Of a stretch of 32,166 bases of DNA, positions 7,757-16,500 are shown one piece after another; position 1 is the first letter of the stretch; each line of letters starts with the position of its first letter. Both the position numbers and the translations under genes were made by a program. The notes under the pieces were generated by a model that was not told the origin of the DNA, searched no databases, and saw only the letters and a list, made by a program, of their open reading frames with translations. The stretch comes from a virus (lineage: Duplodnaviria > Caudoviricetes): positions 1 through 32,166 of the IMG/VR virus record IMGVR_UViG_3300048895_000064. One strand, written 5' to 3'.

Positions 7757-7950
7757 TGGACCATCCCACGTTCGTACGTGTGGAGTACTGGAACGCGATG
7801 ACCGCGTCTTGGGGGACCGGGCACGCCGGGATCAACCTGATGAACCCCGCCGTCTACGTCCAGAAGTTGGCGAAGCGCGGAGTCATCGCACGGGCCGTCG
7901 AGGTAGACACCGGGGAGACGGTGTACGGAGAAGGCGCAGACCTCCTTTGA
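7756..7950 (+). CDS. Hypothetical protein (64 aa)
   Basis: MDHPTFVRVEYWN...; TGATG coupling at both ends. Confidence 0.65.
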   Translation: MDHPTFVRVEYWNAMTASWGTGHAGINLMNPAVYVQKLAKRGVIARAVEVDTGETVYGEGADLL

Positions 7951-8642
7951 TGGACGCCGTCTACGTATGCCGAGACGGCGAGAACCCCGAACTCCGGTAC
8001 TCCCTCCGCACGCTGGCGAATGTGGACCATGACCGGGTATGGATCTTCGGGGGTGCGCCTACCTGGGTCAACGAGGTCACCCACCAGAAGCGGGTGCAGG
8101 GTGGGTCGCCGTACTCCTCGACGCGAGGCCACATCGGGGCCGCGTGCAACACCCCCGAGGTGAGCGATCCCTTCATGCTCTGGAACGACGACTTCTTCGC
8201 GATGCACCCGGTCGGCAGCGTGCCGCTCTACCATCGTGGCCTGCTGGAGCCCCTGCTCGAGAGGTACGTCAAGAACAAGACGCCGTGGGGGAAGGGGCTG
8301 CGCGAGACCGCCGCGCTGATGGAGCAGCGTGGGATGCTGGCGGGGGCGATGTGCTACGACGTCCACCTACCGCTGATCGTTCACAAGACGCCGATGCGGG
8401 AGGCGCTGCGGCTGGCGAAGAGCGTCTCCACCGACGCCGTCCACGTGAGGACCCTGTACGGGGCCTTGTCAGGCTGTAAGGGTGTGGAGCATGATGACCC
8501 GAAGTTGATGCGACGGAGCGACCCGTTCCCGCGTGGCGCGTGGCTGTCCTCTAGCGGCGACACGTTCCGTTCAGCCGTGGAGCCGGTGCTGAGGTATCTG
8601 TTCCCAGACGTTTCACCCTACGAGAAAGCGTGGCGCATGTGA
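7950..8642 (+). CDS. Stealth-like sugar-phosphotransferase/glycosyltransferase
   Basis: Start MDAVYV (CR1-like), ELRYSLRTL and EVSDPFMLWNDDFF (CR2-like); TGATG coupling. Confidence 0.7.
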   Translation: MDAVYVCRDGENPELRYSLRTLANVDHDRVWIFGGAPTWVNEVTHQKRVQGGSPYSSTRGHIGAACNTPEVSDPFMLWNDDFFAMHPVGSVPLYHRGLLEPLLERYVKNKTPWGKGLRETAALMEQRGMLAGAMCYDVHLPLIVHKTPMREALRLAKSVSTDAVHVRTLYGALSGCKGVEHDDPKLMRRSDPFPRGAWLSSSGDTFRSAVEPVLRYLFPDVSPYEKAWRM

Positions 8643-9316
8643 CACTCGGGATCCTTCTCCCCACACGGGGGCGACCAGACAACCTCCACCGCTTCCTCTC
8701 GGCGGTCGAGGACACCGCTGACGACTGGCACCTGTACCTCCGGCTCGACTACGACGACCCGCAGGCACCCGCGTACGACGAAGTCATCGGGCGGGCGTAT
8801 CGGAACATCACGGTCCGCCACGGTGCTCGCATCGGCTTCGGTGCCTCCCTGAACGAACTCGCTTTCCTCGCAGAGCGGGACGGGGTGCCACACCTCGGCA
8901 TGTTCGGTGACGACGTGGTGCCGGAGACCCCACATTGGGACACCCGGCTGGTCGAGGGGCTGGGCGACGACCTCGGCATCGCCTACGGTGACGACGGCCT
9001 ACGGCACAAGCATGAGCCCGACCTGCCGACGCACTACGTCACCCATGCGGAGGTCTACCGTCGTCTCGGCTACCTGTCGCCACCCACCATCCGCCACCTG
9101 TTCCTGGACAACGTGGCGAGAGACGTGGGCCGGTATCTCCACAACTTCGTGTTCGTGCCGGTTAGCATCAGGCATCTCCACCCGTGGGTCGAGGGTGAGC
9201 AGGTCCACGACTCCACGTACGCTGAGGGTGGGCGCAACGCCGACCTCCGCCGCATGGACCGAATGGCCTACGTCCGCTGGACGCAGGACCGCGACTGGAA
9301 GCGCCGCCTGCGATGA
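8630..9316 (+). CDS. GT-A (family 2-like) glycosyltransferase
   Basis: ILLPTRGRPDNL, MFGDDVV (DxD-like), HLFLDN, IRHLHP; alternative GTG start at 8639. Confidence 0.8.
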   Translation: MAHVTLGILLPTRGRPDNLHRFLSAVEDTADDWHLYLRLDYDDPQAPAYDEVIGRAYRNITVRHGARIGFGASLNELAFLAERDGVPHLGMFGDDVVPETPHWDTRLVEGLGDDLGIAYGDDGLRHKHEPDLPTHYVTHAEVYRRLGYLSPPTIRHLFLDNVARDVGRYLHNFVFVPVSIRHLHPWVEGEQVHDSTYAEGGRNADLRRMDRMAYVRWTQDRDWKRRLR

Positions 9317-10284
9317 CACTCACCGCGTTCCTCCACGGCTACCCTCCGCTCTGGTCCATGGGCGGGGAGATGTCTACCCACCGCACTCTCCGCGCCGTGC
9401 CGGGGGCCGTCGTGTTCACGGAGACGCTCGAGGGCTATCAGTACGACGGGGTCTCGGTGAGGCCGGCGACAGGCGTATCCCTTCAGTGCATCAAGGACGA
9501 CGCCGTGTCCGCCGGGGCTACCATCCTGTTCGGGCACTCGACACTGTCCGAGGACACCATCAAGGCTGCGAAGCGGATGCGCCTCCCGTCTATCCTCGCT
9601 GTCCATGCGCCGCCCCGCTTCGGGAAAGACCTGCGACGGGCACGAACAGACGCCACAGTCCGCCTCTACAACACGGAGGCTGCTCGCAAGGACTGGCACG
9701 ACCCGAGGGGGTGGGTGCTGCACCCGCCTGTCGGGTTGCCGAGGCCGATACCGGAGGGGCCGCACAACGCACGAACGCTGACCTCGTCTCTCGTGAACAA
9801 GGGCGCGGAGCGGGTGCTCGAGTTGGCGAAGCGACGCCATGACCAGCGGTTCATCATTGTGGAGTCGCCCGCACACACGACTCACGGTGACCCCGACTTC
9901 TGGGCGCAGGCTGAGAAGTTCGACAACGTAGAGATCTGGCCGCGCTTGCACCCCGACGAGATGGGCAGGCTCTGGGCCGAGACTCGCGTGCTGCTGGTCC
10001 CGTCGCGGTACGAGACCTACGGCATGGCCGCGATGGAGGCGGCGTGGTACGGAATCCCCTCGGTACACGTGGACACACCCCACGTACGAGAAGGGATCGG
10101 CGAGGCGGCGCTGCTTCTCCAGTCCACGTCGTTCGAGGAACTGGACCACGCGCTCACCGAGGTAGAGATCGAGCACGACGTCTGGGCGGACCGGGCCTAC
10201 GACCGCGTCAGCAGCCTCGCGCAGCGGGAGGCGGACGAGTTGGCCCGGTTTGCGGCGGGCGTGGCAGCACTCACGCGACCGTAG
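9313..10284 (+). CDS. GT-B (family 4-like) glycosyltransferase
   Basis: HGYPPLWSMGGE N-terminus, NKG, and LLVPSRYETYGMAAMEAAWYGIPSV (ExxxxxxxE signature). Confidence 0.85.
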   Translation: MTLTAFLHGYPPLWSMGGEMSTHRTLRAVPGAVVFTETLEGYQYDGVSVRPATGVSLQCIKDDAVSAGATILFGHSTLSEDTIKAAKRMRLPSILAVHAPPRFGKDLRRARTDATVRLYNTEAARKDWHDPRGWVLHPPVGLPRPIPEGPHNARTLTSSLVNKGAERVLELAKRRHDQRFIIVESPAHTTHGDPDFWAQAEKFDNVEIWPRLHPDEMGRLWAETRVLLVPSRYETYGMAAMEAAWYGIPSVHVDTPHVREGIGEAALLLQSTSFEELDHALTEVEIEHDVWADRAYDRVSSLAQREADELARFAAGVAALTRP

Positions 10285-10441
10285 GAAGCGCTCAGACGCC
10301 CCTCTGACGCTCGCGGGGCCAGTAGTGGGGCACGGGTGCCCACCGCCAGCCCCGCGACGCTGTACGGGCGTCTGAGCGCTTCCGGGGCCACCCCCGGCTC
10401 CTGCTGCCTACTCGAGTTCACAACGGTGGAGCCGGGGGTGG
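10284..10441. terminator. Two adjacent hairpins between converging transcription units (probable bidirectional termination/processing region)
   Basis: Hairpin 1: perfect 18-bp stem 10284-10301/10366-10383 plus inner stems. Hairpin 2: perfect 14-bp stem 10388-10401/10428-10441. No U-tract. Confidence 0.6.
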
Positions 10442-10456
10442 GGCCGGGGGGCCGCT

Positions 10457-11278
10457 CTAGAGGGCGCGGACCTTGAACTCGGCCTCAATGACGAAGTGGT
10501 CGCTGTGCTGGAAGAACTCCTTGTCGTCCAGAGAACGGGCCGCCTGCGCCGCGACGCGTCCGTCCCCGTTGTAGGAGGCGATCACGTCGATGGTTCCGTG
10601 GCCGGTGCTCTCCCACTTCTTCAGTTCGTCCCACGCGGACGTGAGGGGCTGACCCCTGAAGGTGTCGTTGTTGCGGTCCTGGATGTTCTGGTCACCGCCA
10701 TAGAAGGCGAGGGCCTTGCCCGCTCCATGCTTGCGAGCCCAATCTCCGATCTCCTTGGCGAGCACCGTGTTCCACTGGTAGTGGTCGACGCCCTTGATCG
10801 GTTGGCCCTCGGGGCTTGCGCCTTTCGTCAGGTAGTGAGCAGCGGCCACGCTGACGACCCCGATGTCCGCGTTCTTGAAGGACACCCACACGACGCCCTT
10901 CTGTCCCCAGCGGGGGTACTCAGCGTCCACGCCTGCTTTCTCGTAGAGCGCCCTGGAGCCGGGGATCGCGAACTCGTAGCCGGTTCTCCATGAGTCCTTC
11001 TTGACACGCTCGCTGTTGACCGCGACCCACGCGTCGGTGGTGGACCCCTCGCCCTTGCCCGCGCTCGGGACCCAGACGTTGAAGCCAGCCGCCTTGCCGA
11101 TGCGGACCAGGAGATCGCTGGTCGGCCCAGCGCCGGGACCGGCCTCGGTGCCCGTGATGAACCAGACGCCGCGCTTCTTCGCACGGGCGAAGAGGTCTGT
11201 GATGTCCTCTTCCTGCTGCTTCGGCGTGTCGCTGAACTGGAGCGAGGCGTGCATCGCCTTGACGATGACGTCAGTCAC
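10457..11278 (-). CDS. Endonuclease/exonuclease/phosphatase (EEP) superfamily protein
   Basis: ITGTEA, AAAHYL, YGGDQN, TIDVIA and HSDH motifs; likely GTG start at 11278 overlapping the holin stop (GTGA). Confidence 0.75.
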   Translation of the reverse strand: MTDVIVKAMHASLQFSDTPKQQEEDITDLFARAKKRGVWFITGTEAGPGAGPTSDLLVRIGKAAGFNVWVPSAGKGEGSTTDAWVAVNSERVKKDSWRTGYEFAIPGSRALYEKAGVDAEYPRWGQKGVVWVSFKNADIGVVSVAAAHYLTKGASPEGQPIKGVDHYQWNTVLAKEIGDWARKHGAGKALAFYGGDQNIQDRNNDTFRGQPLTSAWDELKKWESTGHGTIDVIASYNGDGRVAAQAARSLDDKEFFQHSDHFVIEAEFKVRAL

Positions 11279-11511
11279 AGCGGATCTCCCGCCGAGTGCG
11301 TCGGGGCGACCGGCGTGGTGTTCGTCGGGGCGTTGCCCTTGACGCCCACCGCTGCGCCGGTCACGATCATCGCCACGACCGCGGTCACCCACTCCGAGCC
11401 GGTGATCGTAGATCCCCCGTCGGAGTCTCCCAGGACGGACGAGCCGATGATGATCGCCCCCGGGACCAGGAACGCAAGGATCGCCTTCCAGTAGTGCTGC
11501 CAGTTCTCCAT
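11275..11511 (-). CDS. Holin
   Basis: 78 aa, two hydrophobic segments, YWKAILAFL...ITGSEW pattern, directly downstream of the endolysin. Confidence 0.75.
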   Translation of the reverse strand: MENWQHYWKAILAFLVPGAIIIGSSVLGDSDGGSTITGSEWVTAVVAMIVTGAAVGVKGNAPTNTTPVAPTHSAGDPL

Positions 11512-11521
11512 GATGAGCTCC

Positions 11522-11965
11522 CTACTTCTTTTTCTTCGGCTTCGGCGGCTGGAAGTCGATCGAGGGCTGCGGGTCACGCACGATCGCGCACGACCAGCCC
11601 CCGGTGGCGACGGAGTGCCGCTCGAAGTGGAGGTGGGGTCCGGTCACGTTGCCTTCCGCACCGACCTCACCGATCTTGCGCCCGGCCCTGATCTTGGCCC
11701 CGTTCGGGACGCTCCGGGTCCGCATGTGCGCGTAGAAGTCCCGCGTGCCGTCTGCACGCTTGATCTCCAACTGGTGGAAGCCGAAGGCAGAGCCGTGATT
11801 GCAGTAGACCACGGTCCCTCCACGGGCGGCGATGACAGTGGTGCCGGAGGGCGCAGGGAAGTCGACCCCGGTGTGGATGCCGTTGCCAGCCCCGTCTCGA
11901 CGACAGGACCAGTACCGCCCGCGCCGACCGTACGGCGTGCCGATGGGACCCTTGACTGGTCTCAC
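11522..11965 (-). CDS. Endolysin, M23 metallopeptidase
   Basis: HTGVDF (HxxxD), YAHM and GNVTGPHLHFE (HxH); basic C-terminal tail. Confidence 0.88.
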   Translation of the reverse strand: MRPVKGPIGTPYGRRGRYWSCRRDGAGNGIHTGVDFPAPSGTTVIAARGGTVVYCNHGSAFGFHQLEIKRADGTRDFYAHMRTRSVPNGAKIRAGRKIGEVGAEGNVTGPHLHFERHSVATGGWSCAIVRDPQPSIDFQPPKPKKKK

Positions 11966-12159
11966 TCGGACTCACCCTCTTCCGTTCCCTCGTTGCCGCC
12001 CTCGCCGGGGTCGTCGGACTCGTCCGAGTCGACTTCCTCGTCGGGGTCGAAGTCGTCGTCGACACCCTCCTCCTCGTCCGGCTCGGCGCCCAGGTCGGGG
12101 TCGTACTGGTCCGAGTCCGGGTCCGTCCTCGGGTCGTACCCCGGCGTCTGCTCACTCAT
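11962..12159 (-). CDS. Very acidic small protein
   Basis: 30 of 65 residues are D/E; overlaps both neighbours; SD GGAGG upstream. Confidence 0.6.
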   Translation of the reverse strand: MSEQTPGYDPRTDPDSDQYDPDLGAEPDEEEGVDDDFDPDEEVDSDESDDPGEGGNEGTEEGESE

Positions 12160-12391
12160 CTTCGTCCTCCCATTCGATGTGTGTCTGTCCGTTGTGGCCG
12201 TGGAGATGCTCGACGTTGGCGATGTTGGGGTGGATCACGGTGGTCGGCTCGATCAGGCCCCACGGCTGCTGGATCGGACCCTCCCACCGCAGCGCGACCG
12301 TGCCGTCGTTGAACTCCACGCCCTCCGCTACGAGGCCGGTGCCGGAGATGCCTGTGACGTCCACGTCACGGACCAATCGGAATGTCCTCAT
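12152..12391 (-). CDS. Conserved-type hypothetical phage protein
   Basis: [33 protein letters not shown]...HGHNG pattern; RBS upstream. Confidence 0.75.
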   Translation of the reverse strand: MRTFRLVRDVDVTGISGTGLVAEGVEFNDGTVALRWEGPIQQPWGLIEPTTVIHPNIANVEHLHGHNGQTHIEWEDEDE

Positions 12392-12415
12392 GTTGCCGCC
12401 TTTCGTCCTTACCGC

Positions 12416-12434
12416 ACCATAGCAGGCGGGCTAG
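12416..12434 (-). promoter_or_regulatory. Putative extended -10 promoter (TGC-TATGGT) for the lysis cassette
   Basis: CTAGCCCGCCTGCTATGGT on the - strand, about 25 nt upstream of the ATG at 12391. Confidence 0.45.
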
Positions 12435-12923
12435 TCACTGCCCATCCTGGACACACACCTGGATGATCAGGTCCCTGTCGATCGGCGCTCGCTGGTGGAC
12501 GGCCACGACCTCGAAGGTGAAGCCTGGAGGGCAGGCTCCTGGGGGCTGCGCGGGGCCGGGTGGTCCCTGCCGTCCGGGCCGTCCAGGTCGTCCAGGCTTG
12601 CCCGGTGGTCCTTGTCGTCCGGGCTTGCCCGGTGGTCCCGTCACGCTGCGACCAGGAGGACCAGGAGGACCAATCCCCCCACGAGGGCCAGGAGGCCCAG
12701 CAGAGCCAGGACCACCATCACGACCATCGTTGCCTGGAGAGCCAGGAACACCAGCACGACCTGGAGGACCTGGAGGACCCGGTATCTGTACGGTCGTCGT
12801 CTGTGTCGGTGCTGGGGGCGGGGGTGAGGTGGCTTCATTCGCGGGTGCGGGGCTGGAGAGGGCCATGCCGAATGCGAGAACCATCAATGCGCCCGAGGTA
12901 GTGTAGCCGAGCCAAGGTCTCAT
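12435..12923 (-). CDS. Secreted/membrane-anchored collagen-like protein
   Basis: N-terminal hydrophobic signal, about 25 Gly-X-Y triplets, C-terminal CPPG...C domain. Confidence 0.75.
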   Translation of the reverse strand: MRPWLGYTTSGALMVLAFGMALSSPAPANEATSPPPPAPTQTTTVQIPGPPGPPGRAGVPGSPGNDGRDGGPGSAGPPGPRGGIGPPGPPGRSVTGPPGKPGRQGPPGKPGRPGRPGRQGPPGPAQPPGACPPGFTFEVVAVHQRAPIDRDLIIQVCVQDGQ

Positions 12924-13216
12924 GGCTTCTCCTCTGGCGGCTTAGGCCGCTTCATCAACTCCTGCTCCATGTCGAGCAGTCGCTTGTTCGCGGTGACGTT
13001 TGCATCAGTCCGCCCGGCCAGGAAGCCAGCCAGCAGACCGATCAGCGTGTTGAGTAGATCTGCGATGTTGCGCGCGAAGTTCGAGGTATCCAAGTCCGGT
13101 CGTACGACAGCCAGCACCACGAGCGCTGCTCCCCCAACGAACACAGAGGAGCAGACGGTGGTGGCGATCATCAGCACCATGAGATCGCCGGTGGGCTTGT
13201 CCCGAAGACGCGCCAC
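12920..13216 (-). CDS. Membrane protein (two TM segments)
   Basis: Two hydrophobic helices and a charged C-terminus; ATGA overlap with the collagen-like gene. Confidence 0.7.
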   Translation of the reverse strand: MARLRDKPTGDLMVLMIATTVCSSVFVGGAALVVLAVVRPDLDTSNFARNIADLLNTLIGLLAGFLAGRTDANVTANKRLLDMEQELMKRPKPPEEKP

Positions 13217-13220
13217 TCGG

Positions 13221-13505
13221 TTACACCCCCGGAGGGGCTGCCATGAGAGCCTGTACGACGGTCGTGATCATCTGGTCGGTGATCACATCCGGCCGAGCTC
13301 CGGTGTCAGGGTTGAAGGTCAGGTTGTAGTTGAAGACGGAGTCGGACCAGCGTGCGTCCCACTCGTCGTCGTGAGCCACGATCTGCCAGAAGTTCTCGGC
13401 CACCCAGATGTCCGGGGAGAGGCTGCCCTCGTTCGCTGCGGCTGCGATGCACCGCTGTCGCAGTGACATTGAAGCCTGCATATCGCTGACTGACTGGTAC
13501 GTCAT
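13221..13505 (-). CDS. Small tail-associated hypothetical protein
   Basis: Likely start MTYQSVSDM after SD AGGAGG; LRQRCIAAAA...VITDQMI pattern typical of genes following actinophage tail fibers. Confidence 0.7.
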   Translation of the reverse strand: MTYQSVSDMQASMSLRQRCIAAAANEGSLSPDIWVAENFWQIVAHDDEWDARWSDSVFNYNLTFNPDTGARPDVITDQMITTVVQALMAAPPGV

Positions 13506-13516
13506 TGGTCCTCCTG

Positions 13517-16500
13517 CTAGTCGCTCAACTTGATGATGTAGCACTCGTGACCGGGGTTCGTGCCAGCCTGGACGGTGACTCCGGAGTTCTGCCACAACTG
13601 GATACTGAATGATTCCCCAGCGGCCATTCGTATGACGGTACTGATCTGCCCGACCCAGGGGTTTCCACCCGAGTTGGCTCCCGCCGAGCCGTCGTGCCGA
13701 ATGACCTCGGTAGCACCCTTGAAGATAGCAACGATGTGACGCGTCGGGTTGGTCGGGCCGGTGCTGGGGATGTTGCCGGAGGCAATGATCTGGTAGACAC
13801 CCGGCACGGTGAAGGTGAACAGACCAGAGCCGACACCCGAGATGAACGCTCCCGTGTTCACACCCCAGGCGCTGTCCTGTGACCAAGCGCCGAGCGTCGT
13901 GAAGGTAGCATTCGCCATGCTCGCGGCGTGTGCCGAGGTGAACGCCATCGCGGTGCCGTTCTTCACCAGATCGCGGCCCTGATTGTCCCACTTGAACGGA
14001 CCCAACCGGCCGGAGCCGTCGCCCTTCAACTGGATCAACGGGACGGCGCTGACATCGGTAGCCGCCGAGACGAGGCTTGCGGGGTTCCCGGCTGGGAAGT
14101 TGTTGCCCGACCCCGTCTGCCCCTGGATGCCGCCCGGTGGATTGGCCCCCACCGAATCGGCAGTCATGGTCACTGCCTGCGGGACCGAGTTGGAGCCCAG
14201 CGTAGACACGAGGTGCATATCAGTCTTAGCCGGGGTCGAAGGAGTGCGAGCCCAATAGACCTTCCACTGGTTCTGGTCGTCGTTGCCGCCGGAGTCCTGC
14301 GTCACCGGCACCGTGATCGTCAGTTTCGAGCGGCGCTTCATCGCCAGAGCCACGAGGGTGCCGATGGGGGTCTCGTGCTGTCCGGCGGACTGCCCCGGCC
14401 ACGGATTCGCCGTGTCTCCGGCGGTACGAGAGTCGAAGCCCGACATCCCGACGTAGGTGGTCGCCGGTTCGGCGGTCCACGTCCAGTTCGTGTACTTCGT
14501 CATTACGCCCGACGCGGCAAGTGAGCAGAACGCCCCAGCCCCGTCCATGCCGAACGCCTGCGAAGCGACCTCCAGGGGCCACTCCTGGTAAGAGCCGTTC
14601 GTGTTGTATCGGGTCGTCCCGGCGAAGACCAAGATCGACGGCGTACCCATCCGGCTTACGACGTACCGGGCTCCACCGAAGTCAGCGGCTCCGTAGTAGG
14701 TGCCGTTGATCTGGTTGCCCGACCCGAGGCCGTTCGGGCTCGTGTAGACGCTCTGGCTGGTCGGGATTCCTCCCGGCATGGTGAACCGGCGCACCTGGAT
14801 GGGCCGAGACCCAGAACCCGACGTGTTCTGCACGAGCAGGTGATGACCCGCCACGGGGTCGTACGAGATGTAGGGGTCCTGGTTCGCGTTGATGATCCAG
14901 GAGGCCGGGATGTTCCCCGAGGCACCCCACACGATCCAGTCCAGGTTGTTCGTGAACAGGAGCGCCTGGGACGAAGTCGATGCGGAGTGGAAGCCCTTGA
15001 AGTCGTCCACCCACGGGGCCGTTGTGACGAACGGGTTCATCTTGATTGTACCGTCGGCGTTGAACCGCCACTGCCGGAAGCCCGCGCTCTTCTCCTGGAT
15101 GACATTCCAGCAGTTGTTCGTCGCGTCCCATGCCATCGACCGGGCCTCGGCGGCATTGAACGCAAACGAGCCCATCGCCCACGACCCTGTCCCGGTGACG
15201 ACGGTGGTCTGGTTGAATGTCACGTGGTCGTAGGTCTGCGCCAGCGTTGCCCCGGCCGAAGGTGCCGCGATGCCATTCCCGAGCGTCAGTTTCGACGAGG
15301 CGTCAGTCCGGTTGTTGACCCCGTGCATCACGAAGTTGTCGATCACATCGGCCGACAGAATCTCCAGGTGCGCCTGCCGGATAAACGCCTCTCCGCTCTG
15401 GTCGAGAGGGAACGCGGTGATCGCCTTCCCGGTGGAATCGAAGATCAGCAGCCCGTCTGGGCCGAGGTCGATGCGGGCACCGACGATGTTGCCGTCCGCG
15501 TCAAGCCCGCCCGTGCTGATGGTCGAGCCGAGCACCACCTCGCCTGAGAACAGATCGCCGGTCAGGGTGCCCGTCACGATGTGCTCGGCGACCACTGCTC
15601 GGGTAGCGATGTCCGCAGTGTTGACCAGCATCATCTGCCCCGTCGCCTGCGGACTGGTCGGTCCAACTCCAGGATCGGGGTCTCGGGCAATCACCCGAGC
15701 GAAGTAGTCGACGCCGTAGCGCAGGTCCGTTGAGGGGGGATCCCCGATCGCCGTCCGCAACGCCCGCAGCGTGTGACTGGACCCCGCCGTAGACACGATC
15801 AGCGTACTTGCGTCGGGGGTGAACCCGCTGACCGAGGAGACGTGTAGATCGTAGGTCACCCGGTCGGGGTTGTTGATCGGCGTCCAACGCACGAACAGCG
15901 CGCCGATCCCACCGATCACTTCCAGGTTCGTGACGGAGGCGGTCGGGGGCAGCCCGTCGGTCGCCGATCCTGGCGCACCCGCCGAACCCGGAGGACCCTG
16001 CGGTCCCTGCGGCCCCTGGATCAGCGACCACTCGTAGTCGGTGGAGAGGTTGCTCTCAGTCTGGCTCGTCTTGTTGTACGCCATGCCGAGGTACTTCGAG
16101 GTCGCCGTCGGGGTGTCGGAGAACCCGACGGTGCCCGTCGAGTTGTCGGCGTACTTCGTCCAGGTGTAGCGCGGCGTCCCGTCCGCACCGGGATCGCCCG
16201 GAGTTCCTTGCGTACCCTGGCGACTCACCGACCACGAGAAGATCTTGTTGAAGGTGAAGCCGTCCACCACGACCGGGATTGTCAGGACACCGTTGAGGGC
16301 GACCAGCGCGGTCGTCACCGTGACGGTCACCGTCGGCGTACCCGGAGAGCCGGTCACCGCCGTCGTCATCCCCGTAGGTGCCCCGGTGATTGCCGCGTTC
16401 GAGATGCTTGCGTTGATCGGGGTTGCGCCCTTGTACGAGGTGAACACCGTCGTCGTACTGCCTGCCAGCGCGGCCCCCGTCGAGCCGGGGAACGTGTGTG

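Noticed and set aside
11279-11392. N-terminal extensions in the ORF track (also 7809, 7645, 13991, 21593, 28223, 28105)
   Set aside because: They overlap neighbouring genes; downstream starts with an RBS or stop/start coupling fit better.
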